NCBI RefSeq assembly: GCF_001194135.2
Contig: NC_068985.1
Location: forward strand, 18,106,094 to 18,142,085
Source of the DNA: Octopus bimaculoides
Lineage: Eukaryota
Direction of reading: 5' to 3'
Length of the DNA: 35,992 bases
Under the pieces are notes generated by a model. That model was not told the origin of the DNA and searched no databases. It saw only the letters and a list, made by a program, of their open reading frames with translations. Below, one piece after another: positions 12,366-24,353 of this stretch (the stretch's first letter is position 1; every line of letters starts with the position of its first letter). A program made the translations under genes and the position numbers.

Positions 12366-12804
12366 TCGACATTAAATATACAGCAAAGGAACTGGTTATT
12401 TCATCAAAACCACGTTTTACGTTTGTAGAATTAGTTTGATCTCGGGAATATTTTAACCAAAATTAATTTCATTGAACAACATTTGCCAGTACTTCAATCC
12501 AAGCTCAATTTTAAGCAGGTCTTACGAACCGATTCAATTGTACGTGTATGCTACATCGCCTAATATATACTACATCAACTAGTTTTGATAAATTTGCTCA
12601 GAAACTCTAAAATATAGAAATACACGCAAATTTCGAATAAATAAATATGGTAATCCACTTGAACATTGGACATGACTATCATACAATGAAATAATAAACA
12701 ATGGCACAACTGCTCACTTCATAGTTACATTTTTCCATGTATTTTTTCTTTCTTCTTCTTTATTTTACTGAGATATATAGTGAAACGCGCTAAGTATCTT
12801 ATAC

Positions 12805-12847
<43 letters not shown>

Positions 12848-13329
12848 TACACACACGCACGCACATACACATATTCAAGCATGTATGTGTGTGTGCATGT
12901 GTGCGTGTGTGTGTGCGTGTGTGCGTGTGTGTGTATGTGTGTTTGTGTGTGTTTAAACAAACAAAAATGAACAGAAAATAGCTAAAGACAAATGAGAAAC
13001 GAATCGATACCCAGTAATTAACGTAGTAATAATTAGCGTTATGCCTCTGGCACTATTCCGCGATTTTCCTATTCCGCGATTTTCAGTCTCCTTTTATAAC
13101 CTTATAAGTTTACACACATTTTCAGAATCGCTCCATTCCAGCCCAGCAAAGTGTCAGAAGCCGTCTAGTTAACACCTTTTTATATTTGTTCTCTATAGTT
13201 ATATCGGAAATGAAAACTTCTTTGAATTCGCTGAGGTAAGTAGAAACAAATAGTTAAGTAATTGTGTGAAATCTCGGAAAATAAACGCAAGTCATGTTTA
13301 TTGACTTGTTCAATCGTTTCATTGCTGCT

Positions 13330-13995
13330 AACTTACATTTATGGCCCTGGATATGACTTTAAACTGCATCCAATAGTGGGACCCTGGTAATGGAGTTCCA
13401 AGGTTGTAAGGAGTAATTATTGTTCTCGTGTCTACTCTGAACCGAGTAGTAACATCTATCAGGGTCCCTGGAATGGATTAATTAGTATGTCACAAAATTG
13501 CCTCTGGAAGAAGGTGATTCACAGACACCCCAACAGACCCAGGGCAGATGAGGCCCTTCAGCTCTTTAGCTGCTCATCTAAGAGAAGATAACTAAGAGAA
13601 GATAACTAAGAGAAGATAACTCCCTACAAATCCTGCATCCAGATTGGGCTCATGGCACTTGTTGCACCTGAGCAGTACAAGTTTGGAGGACGAGAAAATG
13701 GCACTGGTTCTGCACGAACCATGCGCTTGTAGGATAATTTATTGTTTAAAAAATGTAAAGGGAGTAAACCCCTAAAGAAAATCTAGAAGGAAGGACCCTA
13801 AGGCAGATATGTGTAGTCATACTTAACTAATATCTGGCATCCCCTTTGACTCTATAGATACTGCGAATGTATTGACTTGTCTTGCCTTTGTGGCGCATCC
13901 AAGAGTGAAGAGGTGGTGAGTGTATTTGGGGCTAGGTACTTGCTTCTGGAAATAGCTTAGGCACAGCAGAGGTGGTTAAGTCCCTGCATTACCCT
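13330..13995. mobile_element. Compositionally distinct insert, possibly a LINE 5' UTR or unclassified repeat
   Basis: Higher GC than its flanks and no ORF. Contains the 14-mer ctaagagaagataa three times at 13578-13619. Boundaries are approximate. Confidence 0.35.
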
Positions 13996-14649
13996 CAAGC
14001 AATGACAAAAAAGGCCAACCAAATTTATTGACATAAGCCTAAACTATTTGTATGTTTGTAGACATACAATATTCTTCAGATATCCCTAAATGACCATTTA
14101 GTGACTTGACTTCTAAATGAAAACATAGTGAGAGCACTCTATTCGTGCCCACCATTTAAGATTGAATATAAATCCAGTTCTTTTTTTCTTTTCAATTCAA
14201 ATGGATTTTACCCTCATAATAAGGCACACCACTACCATTCTGGTGATTACATTTTAGTCATTCATCATGATTTTGAGAGAGATTAGAAACCAATACTTCT
14301 TTTGTTGGAGTCAAAATACTTCGACTTTACCGATTTTTTAAACTATTGAATCTAGTTTCACTGTTTCACTGAGAAGATCTAATAAGATCTGTTTTTTTAT
14401 TACCCATGCGGGCTAACATAGAGAGGAAGAAGATCTAATAAGATCGAGACTTTCCCGAAGTTTCCAGTGCGCTGCTAAAAGTTAGATTTGATCTCCGCAA
14501 AATATCTTATTTAAATAATTAAAATTTTGTCTCCCTATTCTTCTTTTCTACTTTGATCAGTTATTCAAACACTTGTCTCTAATATAAGCACAAAGCCGGC
14601 AATTCTAAGGAAGGAAAGATTTTCAATTAAATTCATACCAGGATTTGAC

Positions 14650-14782
14650 TGATACTTTATTTTTATCGAAAGGATAAAAGCCAAAACTGACTTCGGCGCA
14701 ATTTGAACTCAAAATGCAATGAGCCAGAAGAAATGCTGGAAGATATTTTGTCCAACGCTCTAACGATTCTGAGAGCTCACCG
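14650..14782 (-). mobile_element. SINE family B fragment, diverged
   Basis: aatttgaactcaaaa...ctctaacgattctgagagctcacc. Confidence 0.7.
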
Positions 14783-14859
14783 AATAAATCAATGAAATAA
14801 TAATTGCTCATATCACTGACGGCGTAATTTTTATTAATTAAAATTTCTTTATTTCAACG

Positions 14860-15025
14860 TCAAGTATGCATTCACGATCGCAAGGTCGAGGTTTCGATTC
14901 CCGGACCGGATGTGAATTGTGTTCTTGAGCAAAACACTTTATTTCACATTGCTCTGCAATCATTTTAGCATCTGGCATATTACACACTGTGCACCTGTAC
15001 AAGCAATGTCGATTTGATGGAGGAA
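14860..15025 (+). mobile_element. SINE family C fragment
   Basis: B-box-like ggtttcgattccc followed by tgttcttgagcaaaacacttt. Shared with 35378-35638. Confidence 0.75.
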
Positions 15026-16509
15026 ATAAGTTAAAATACAACACAAACTTTTGATCAAGAAATTGAGGAGCCCTCATCTATCGTTTATGGCAGGAGAATC
15101 CACAATTAGGATAATTATATATCTAATTAGTAAAAAAAAAAAAGAAATTGAAGCGCAAATTAGTGGCTACAATCAACTCCATCAGATTATTGAAATTTAC
15201 ATTTACTCTGTCGGAAATAGAACTGGCATTGTTGCAAAATATGTAATCTTTCTCGAAACTGATTGCTCATCCGATATCACCTTCCTGTATTTAAGTAATT
15301 TATTGAACTTTTAGTGCTATGTTTTCATCTACTTTCTCCAAAACTTGTAATCTCGGATATCAAATTGCATAATAACTTCAAATAGAAGTGAACTGTCAAG
15401 CCCTTGTTAGGTGTTTATCCACTGAACCAGTCTTTTACTGGGCCGAAAGGCCAACTGAAACAAAACCGAATCACCACTTCGATTCCTTGGCAGACTCTCT
15501 TCTTCTCGTTGCTCGACATTTGAAAAGAATAAATTGCACGTCCAATTGTTCACCGCTCTTTATTCTACATAAAGGTTCGTGATGTTCATCAAATAAACTG
15601 TGGAAATGCCACAAAGGAAAATTATTAGGTCACTAGGTCAAGTTTGGGCTGGACAATGCTTTATATATCTAAAAACAGACAGACAGACAGATAGATAGAT
15701 AAATAGATTGATTGATTGATAGATAGGGTGGAGGGAGAGAGAGAGAGAAATTAATTTCAAGTTTTAGTGATTCGAGTTTTAATAAGGTACCAAGTTACAT
15801 TGAGTCAACGACTCAAAATTTACTGAACTGATAAGTCATTAATCACTGACGCAATAGATTTATACAGAAAAAAAAAAGCGACATCGCGTATTATTCGGTA
15901 TATAACACAATTCAGGTCTACCAATAAGTGATACCCGCTTACAAATGTACTTTGAGAGGCGTAAAAATATATAACTTTGTTCGGATATAAAACAGGAATA
16001 CATAAAAAGAAAATTATGATATGCATGTATGCATGTGTAAATTAGAGCGTATGTTGTATTATATTTAACATAATGTCTACATTCCGGGTTCTCCATTTAT
16101 TTTCTAAAATTTCATTTTTCTTTATCTATCTGGCTATATGGCTTTCTATAATCTTATTCCAGTCCCCCCTTCTTTCTCTCTTTCTCTCTTTCTCTTCCTT
16201 CCTTCCATTCTTTCTTCCGGTCATACACACTCCGTTATCTTCGTTTTTTAGTGAAGAAAAAATTTCATTAAAAAAATGTAAATTGACACATCGTTATTTT
16301 CTAGTAGAAAAAAAAATCAAATCAAAAGCCGTTTCCATTTTGATCAAAGAAGAAAGTAAACCAATGTTGAAGATAATACAAAGTAAAATCTAAAATATGG
16401 AGATAAATAAGTATATCATATCTTGTGTATAAGCGTGCGTGTACATACATACATACATACATACATACATTAATGCATAAATATATAGATGCATGTCAAA
16501 GAGTGTGTG

Positions 16510-16540
<31 letters not shown>

Positions 16541-17183
16541 NNNNNNNNNNNNNNNNNNNNNNNNNNNNNNNNNNNNNNNNNNNNNNNNNNNNNNNNNNNN
16601 NNNNNNNNNNNNNNNNNNNNNNNNNNNNNNNNNNNNNNNNNNNNNNNNNNNNNNNNNNNNNNNNNNNNNNNNNNNNNNNNNNNNNNNNNNNNNNNNNNNN
16701 NNNNNNNNNNNNNNNNNNNNNNNNNNNNNNNNNNNNNNNNNNNNNNNNNNNNNNNNNNNNNNNNNNNNNNNNNNNNNNNNNNNNNNNNNNNNNNNNNNNN
16801 NNNNNNNNNNNNNNNNNNNNNNNNNNNNNNNNNNNNNNNNNNNNNNNNNNNNNNNNNNNNNNNNNNNNNNNNNNNNNNNNNNNNNNNNNNNNNNNNNNNN
16901 NNNNNNNNNNNNNNNNNNNNNNNNNNNNNNNNNNNNNNNNNNNNNNNNNNNNNNNNNNNNNNNNNNNNNNNNNNNNNNNNNNNNNNNNNNNNNNNNNNNN
17001 NNNNNNNNNNNNNNNNNNNNNNNNNNNNNNNNNNNNNNNNNNNNNNNNNNNNNNNNNNNNNNNNNNNNNNNNNNNNNNNNNNNNNNNNNNNNNNNNNNNN
17101 NNNNNNNNNNNNNNNNNNNNNNNNNNNNNNNNNNNNNNNNNNNNNNNNNNNNNNNNNNNNNNNNNNNNNNNNNNNNNNNNNNN
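16541..17183. other. Assembly gap (others at 1788-1797, 18763-19156, 21090-21105, 22072-22193, 24354-24512, 27187-27534, 28525-29342)
   Basis: N runs, mostly bounded by microsatellites. ORFs spanning them are artefacts. Confidence 0.99.
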
Positions 17184-17272
<89 letters not shown>

Positions 17273-17775
17273 CTTTCTCTCTATCCCCAGGCTACATATA
17301 AAAACATAAGTATGTTTGTGTATGGAAATGTCTGCATAAAAAGTAGAATTTATATATGAACTACTGTGAAGTTATATCTGAAAGTTATTTATTAAAATAA
17401 ATACACGCATACAGGCACAAACATACACACACACATACTCACTCAGGCGCATGTACACTCTCCATAAAAACACACACATATCAACATATAAGAGTCGCAT
17501 AAGCCACTGGTACAATTAGAAAATTGAAAATCTTCAAATACGGCAATAATCTACAGACCGAGATGAGAAATATGCCGGACTAGCGTCATATTGATTCTCT
17601 TTAGTAAACTAGGGTACACTATATTAAACACCAAGAAGACTCGTATGCAGCTACTAGAAATGGTATGGAAAAATACATGATATAATGCAGAAATCATGGA
17701 TACATATACATGCATACGTCAGCATACGTATGTATGTATGTATGTATGTATGTATGTATGTATGTATGTATGCTA

Positions 17776-17829
<54 letters not shown>

Positions 17830-17834
17830 GTGTA

Positions 17835-17865
<31 letters not shown>

Positions 17866-18084
17866 ACAATTAACAAATTTAGAGCTTACGCCATGCTGAA
17901 GGTTCCTAAAAAGAATGAAATAGTATTATATATGATTACCACTAACTAGAAATTGTAAGAATTTTGCAAAAGATAAATGACATAAAAGAATTTAAATTAG
18001 TTACTTATATATGTGAACTCTTTGCATCTTTTTCATATTCCTTGCCTTCACATTCAAAATATTAATCCTACCTCACGTTGGGAA

Positions 18085-18358
18085 GAGACTGTCACCTGCC
18101 TTTAAATTAGTAGCACTCCAGAGCTCACCACGAGTTCATATGAAACTAAAACAAAAAAAGAATATAAGAGACGCCATGACAATATAGTAAGGATTGTCCA
18201 TTGGACACTTTGGAACAAGAATGAACTTGACAGAGCAAAAAAGTGGTACGAACATAAACCCGAAGGCATCATCGAAAATGATAATGCAAAGATCTTGTGG
18301 GATTTTATGATTCAGTACGACCATGAGACAGAAAATAGGAAACCAGACATGGTGTTAA
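18085..18358 (+). mobile_element. R4/Dong-type LINE fragment (RHD motif and start of restriction-like endonuclease)
   Basis: From ~18157 it reads KEYKRRHDNIVRIVHW...WYEHKPEGIIENDNAKILWDFMIQYDHETENRKPDMVL and is cut at the piggyBac TTAA. Confidence 0.88.
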
Positions 18359-20455
18359 CCTTCTGTCTACCAACGGGTCCAATGGACCCATTTCAATTTT
18401 TTTTTCAGTTGCTTTTTCCTACTTCATCTTTCAGGAGAATATAAATATGTGAGAGCAGTATCTGCCTTTAGTCTGCTATCAAGTTTCATATTGTTCAGTT
18501 GTGCTTTCCAATATGCATAGACGTGAAAAATCGAGTGAAGACCAAATATTGAAAAGGATACTGGAATTAAATGAAGAATGGGAAGAAGATAGTAGTGATT
18601 CTTTCTATTGCTCTAAAGTTGATGGTGAAAGTGATTGTGTGCTGGACAGTTTAGGTTCTGTGTCATCAGAGGATGAAGATACCCCAAAACAGTTATCATG
18701 GATACATATACATGCATACGTCAGCATACGTATGTATGTATGTATGTATGTATGATTGAGTTNNNNNNNNNNNNNNNNNNNNNNNNNNNNNNNNNNNNNN
18801 NNNNNNNNNNNNNNNNNNNNNNNNNNNNNNNNNNNNNNNNNNNNNNNNNNNNNNNNNNNNNNNNNNNNNNNNNNNNNNNNNNNNNNNNNNNNNNNNNNNN
18901 NNNNNNNNNNNNNNNNNNNNNNNNNNNNNNNNNNNNNNNNNNNNNNNNNNNNNNNNNNNNNNNNNNNNNNNNNNNNNNNNNNNNNNNNNNNNNNNNNNNN
19001 NNNNNNNNNNNNNNNNNNNNNNNNNNNNNNNNNNNNNNNNNNNNNNNNNNNNNNNNNNNNNNNNNNNNNNNNNNNNNNNNNNNNNNNNNNNNNNNNNNNN
19101 NNNNNNNNNNNNNNNNNNNNNNNNNNNNNNNNNNNNNNNNNNNNNNNNNNNNNNNNATTAATCACTCTGAACGAAATGAATTTATTGGACTGATTATTCT
19201 TATAAGTGTTTATAAATCTAAACATGAAAATGTCACACAGTTATGGAGTCAAGAAGATGGCCGCCCAATATTCAACAAAATTATGAGCCGGGGAAGATTT
19301 CAACAGATTTTACAAGTATTGCATTTTTTGATGATGCTAGTGCAAGAAGAAAAAAGAGAAGTGATGATAAGCTGGAGCCCATAGGAGAAGTATTTGAAAT
19401 GTGGAATCAGAATTTGCAATATGGATATGTTCCAAGTTCATGCATGACACTTGATGAACAATTAGTTTCATTCAGAGGGCACTGCCAATTCCGGATATAT
19501 TTTCCTTCAAAACCAGAGAAATATGGAATTAAATTTTGGGCAGTATGTGACAGTGAAACATCTTATGCCTGGAAAATGCAAATCTACCCTGGGGAAGACC
19601 CAGTAAAAGGGAAAGAGATAAATCAAAGTTCAAGAGTTTTTGAAGACCTAGTAAAAGAACTTGAAAATACTGGTCGCAATATAACTTGTGATAATTTTTT
19701 ACAAGTCTGGGATTGGCTCGAAAGCTGCTTAGCAAGAAAACTACTTGAGTTGGAACAATTAGAAAAAACAGAGTAGAACTTCCAAGTGCTTTCACAAATG
19801 GAAAAGAAAGAGAAATCAACAGCACAATATTTGGATTTCAAAAGGATTCTATAATCCTATCTTATTGTCCCAGGAAAAATTATGTAGTCACACTTATGAG
19901 TACAATGCACTCTCAGCCTTCAATTGATTAAAAAGTGCTGAAAAGAAACCTGAAGTTATTACATGTTACAACAAAACAAAAGGAGAAGTAGATACCCTAG
20001 ATAAGATGTTAAGGACATACACTTGCAAAAGAATGACTTGAAGATGGCCTATGGTTATATTCTACAACATGATTGATATAAATGCAGTGAATGCTAAACA
20101 CAATCACTTGCAAAGTTTCAAGGGTAAAAGAAGACTGTGCCTAATTCAGTTAGGAAAGGAACTTGCTAGAGTTAATGCTAAACAAGAACATGACAAACAA
20201 TCTTCTAGTTCCGCTAACATTTCTCAATCAAGAAAAGAAGACGTTCTTCAAGCTCGTTTGAGATTCTTCAGCCAAAGAAAAAAGGAAGGTATTCTTTGTG
20301 TAGCCCAAAAAATACAAGAAAATTCGTACTACATATAAGAATTATAATAGCCATGTTTGCCAAGAACATTCCAATGTTGTCTGCATTCACTGCCATGAAG
20401 AGCTGTAATTCAGTATTTTTGTAATTTTTTTAAAATTTATAATATATTCTGTAAA
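18359..20455 (+). mobile_element. Decayed piggyBac (PGBD4-like) transposon: left end present, right end not found
   Basis: TTAA at 18355-18358 is followed by ccttctgtctaccaacgggtccaatggaccc. Acidic N-terminus from 18516. Frameshifted transposase motifs include MSRGRFQQI, TLDEQLVSFRG, PSKPEKYGIKFW, NITCDNF, YNKTKGEVDTLD and RWPMVIFYNMID, with a Cys/His-rich end and stop at 20408. An N gap at 18763-19156 interrupts it. Confidence 0.95.
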
Positions 20456-20458
20456 AAC

Positions 20459-20707
20459 ATGGAACAAATAGGGGCTGCAATAGGGGTGAAGCACTTACAG
20501 AAAACAGAGCCGCTCGAATATTCCGGATGGTGCTCGATAAATAAGGGTGTTACCTTATTTCACTGGTAGTGAACAGCTCGTACCGTAGTACATCTCCAGC
20601 ATTAGAAGCTGCGTAAAGCCAATAAAGAAGAAGAAGAAGAAGAAGAAGAAGAAGAAGAAGAAGAAGAAGAAGAAGAAGAAGAAGAAGAAGAAGAAGAAGA
20701 AGAAGAA
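20459..20707 (+). mobile_element. 3' end of R4/Dong-type LINE with 3' UTR and (GAA)n tail
   Basis: Reads MEQIGAAIGVKHLQKT, then after a frameshift ARIFRMVLDK* (stop 20542-20544). A short UTR ends aataaa and is followed by (GAA)n at 20627-20707. Confidence 0.7.
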
Positions 20708-21582
20708 TTGTTAAATGCCGACCAAATAATACCAGAGTGGTTGACATTGGGTGGGACAGTGCTGTGCCTGAAAAACATCGAAAAAGGCAATACGGTAAAC
20801 AATTACAGGTCGATATCCTGTTTGCCACTTATGTGGAAGTTATTGACTGGAATACTCGCAAAGTCAATGTACGAACATCTGGAAAAAAATGGAGTCCTGC
20901 AAGCGTAAGTGCAGAGGTACCAAGGATCAAATCCTGCTAGACAAAACTGTACTTATAGACTGCAAGAGGAGGAAAACTAACTTAGCCATGTCATGGATCG
21001 ACTTTCGTAAGGCGTACGATATGATCCCACATTCTTGGATTATGGAGTGTATGAACCTATTTGGTATTGCATCGAATGTTGAGCGATTANNNNNNNNNNN
21101 NNNNNGCTTAGGGACAGTAGAAATTAGGAGGGGCATCTTCTAAGGGGACTGCCTGTCCCCACTGATCTTTGTACTGTACTTGATACCACTAACACTGATT
21201 CTGAGTAAAGCAAAAGCTGGGTATGTATTCAAAAGCCGCCAACAAAAAGTCAACCATTTGTTATTCATGGATGACCTCAAACTTTATGGTAAAGATGAAG
21301 CCCAAGTCAGTTCCCTCGTTGATACAGTGTATACCTTCAGTGCTGATATCGAAATGGAGTTCGGACTGAAAAAGTGTGGTGTGTAAGTCTTGACGAGAGG
21401 CAAAATGAAATGTATGGACGGGCTAACGATACCGTCTGGGGAGGTTATGAAGCAGATAGAAGAGACGGGCTATAGGTACTTGGAGATTTTGGAAATGGAT
21501 AAATTGATGGAGAAAGAAATGACAGAAAAATTTAAGGTGGAGTACTTGCGCAGACTAAGACTGAACCTAAAGTCGAAGTTGA
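20708..21582 (+). mobile_element. R4/Dong-type LINE reverse transcriptase fragment (decayed)
   Basis: Motifs [73 protein letters not shown] and YRYLEILE, with stops, frameshifts and a 16-N gap. Confidence 0.95.
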
Positions 21583-23024
21583 CCGGATATTTGCAAATAT
21601 CCAATCAGCTTCTCCGTCACAGCTTCTTTGTTTTTCCTTCTAATTTTTTTTTTTTTGGTAATACCCATTTTGATGCTTCCCTTTAATTTTTTTACACTGG
21701 CGAGAATTCAAATTATTATTATAATTAATGTTCTTTCTTACATGTTTATATTACCATTTGAAACGGTCGTATGTGGAAATTAAATTCTAATTTGAACTTT
21801 TAACATCTCTTCTCCATTTTTCTAATTGTTAGTAGTGTTTTATATAAGATTTTATTTTATACATGCCTATAACAAACATTTTACTTGTTATTTTCATATT
21901 TTAATTGCTTGCTTTAGCAGTATACCATTTTGATATGATGAATATTTATTAGAAATATATCTTTTTGGTCAACCCCAAAATTTTTGAATTGTTCTACTTG
22001 AACTTATTCTTTCTCACACACACATATGTATATATAGATAGATATAGATATACATACATACATATATATATNNNNNNNNNNNNNNNNNNNNNNNNNNNNN
22101 NNNNNNNNNNNNNNNNNNNNNNNNNNNNNNNNNNNNNNNNNNNNNNNNNNNNNNNNNNNNNNNNNNNNNNNNNNNNNNNNNNNNNNNNNNNNNGTGTGTG
22201 TGTGTGTGTGCACCACATAATGCTGCAAGAAACAAATGGGTGTCAGATACACTCATCTTATCAAGACAATTCTTCAGTTAAAATTGGTATCGTTAAGTTC
22301 ATGCGTAAAGAGAGATGTTTTAAAGTGATTTTGACTCGGGTCTTGATAATATATAGACATTTATTTTTTGATGGATGTAATGATATAGCATAAACTATAC
22401 AAAATCTAGAAAGAGATAATTGCTCTACCCAGATAGGAAGATAAATTCTGTAATATCTAACAACATAAACTCAGTCTAAATAAATTTATGCTCCTCACCC
22501 TCGATACAAACTTCCAATTACAACAAAAATATGGCCAAAACCTTGTAGCACTAACTTTTCTACTAACTCTTGGTAAATCTTGGCTATACACACATTGCAA
22601 TCATAGAATTATTTCGTGGTGGATGTAATAAACATAGATATAAGCATAACAATTCACCAGTACTCAGCATGAAACTCAAACATTTATTTCATTCACCGTG
22701 GTGCCACTTAATGATCCGATCCTTAGCCAAGGGACATGACTCTAACAAACAAAATTTTCCTCTGTATTTTCTCCAACGATTTTCGTTTTTTGTTCCTTAC
22801 GACACCCGCAAACTCGATGCGACAGGGCTTACCAATTAATAATTTCTTTATACTGGATTGTCTATCAAATATTTTACGGAATCAATTCGTACGAGGAAAT
22901 GCTTAAACACTAAGCTCAGAAAAATCTTGCCTACACAAGTTTTTACACTTCTGAAGATGAAGTATGAGCCACAGCACTTTCCTTGCGGCATTTTCTCTTA
23001 CCCACAAAACCTGAGTCATAGGTG

Positions 23025-23430
23025 GGATGCTAATGCAGAGGAAACATCACATGTCCCCTTAACAGTCACTGCAACACAGAGACCGTCGTAAATAAGACAG
23101 AGGTGATGTCAAAGGACACAGTTGTCAGTCAGACATGTAGAAGTATGTGAGCGCAACAGGAGGCTGTTTCAGAACCAGACTTAACAACCATAACTCTTCC
23201 ATTTAATATCCAGAAAAACGCCATGTTACAGCCTTGGTTTGACATATATGATCGTTAAAGAAAAGCGCCATGGATTACAGTACTAAGTGTAAAGTGTCGG
23301 AGGGCGAAACTCTTACTTCAACAGTAGCAGAAGCTGCAAGTTATGCCTGACTGAGAAAAGATTTATATTATAGAACTCTCTTCACTTGGACACCCATTTA
23401 AACTGCAAGAGAGTTCGTGGCCACATTAGT
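23025..23430 (+). mobile_element. Decayed Penelope-like element, GIY-YIG endonuclease region
   Basis: Manual translation gives GC*CRGNITCPLNSHCNTETVVNKTEV, KYVSATGGCFRTRLNNH and YFNSSRSCKLCLTEKRFI. These match the CxC...CPL...C, GIY-YIG and CxLCLxEK motifs of PLE endonucleases. Multiple stops and frameshifts. Confidence 0.82.
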
Positions 23431-23491
23431 GAATATGTGATCTGTTACTTAAGGGCTTCACTATGATTATAAACGATAGGACCACCACCGT

Positions 23492-23552
<61 letters not shown>

Positions 23553-23587
23553 CTTCATATCAATGCTTCATACCACATGCATTATAT

Positions 23588-23631
23588 GCACTACTGATAG
23601 TTGCACGTACAAAAGTACGTTCATCAGGCGC
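23588..23631 (-). ncRNA. Second hammerhead motif, inverted copy with a core mutation
   Basis: The minus strand reads gcgc-CTGATGA-acgtac-tttt-gtacgt-GCAA-ct-atc-ag-TA-gtgc. Helix II is a perfect 6 bp and helix I has one G-U pair, but GAAA has become GCAA. Confidence 0.7.
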
Positions 23632-23832
23632 TGATTGAATATTAGACTCTCATTAGATGGAATACATTTCTTATTTTTACACAAATTAATTTTGAATTTT
23701 CACTCCCTTACATCGGCTGTCGACTGCATATCTATAAGTAACACGATTGGCACGATTAAGGTATAAGGGAGTTACTCTGAAAAAAATCCAATTATGTTTC
23801 GCACAAACATGGATTTATACCAGGTTCAATTA

Positions 23833-23876
23833 GCGCCTGATGAACGTACTTATGTACATGAAACTATTAGTAGCTC
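23833..23876 (+). ncRNA. Minimal type I hammerhead ribozyme motif
   Basis: gcgc-CTGATGA-acgtac-ttat-gtacat-GAAA-ct-att-ag-TA-gctc. The core is intact. Helix II has one mismatch, helix III is short, the triplet is GUA, and helix I (gcgc/gctc) has one mismatch. Confidence 0.78.
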
Positions 23877-23978
23877 ATATAATGCATGTAGTATGAAGCA
23901 TTTATAGTAATATTAGACTCTCATTAGATGGATAACCCTTCTTATTGATTTTTACATAAATTAATTTCGCATATATAT

Positions 23979-24353
23979 AGGCGCACGAGTAGCTATGTGA
24001 TAAGTAGCTTGCTTACCAACCACATGGTTCCGGGTTCAGTCCCACTGCGTGACACCTTGGGAAAGTGTCTTCTACTATAGCCTCGGGCCGACCAAAGCTT
24101 TGTGAGTGGATTTGGTAGACGGAAACTGAAAGAAGCCCGTCGTATATATGTATATGTATATGTTTGTGTGTCTGTGTTTGTCCCCCCAACATCGCTTGAC
24201 AACCGATGCTGGTGTGTTTACGTCCCCGTAACTTAGCGGTTCGGCAAAAGAAACCGATAGAAAAAGTACTAGGCTTACAAAGAATAAGTCCTGGGGTCGA
24301 TTTGCTCGACTAAAGGCAGTACTCCAGCATGGCCGTAGTCAAATGACTGAAAC
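23979..24353 (+). mobile_element. SINE family A, near full length, ends at a gap
   Basis: High similarity to the copies at 30965 and 32470. Confidence 0.92.

Noticed and set aside
15425-15462. Adjacent hairpins ccagt/actgg and GGCC-GAAA-GGCC resembling hammerhead helix II
   Set aside because: No CUGANGA immediately upstream and no GAAA immediately downstream.
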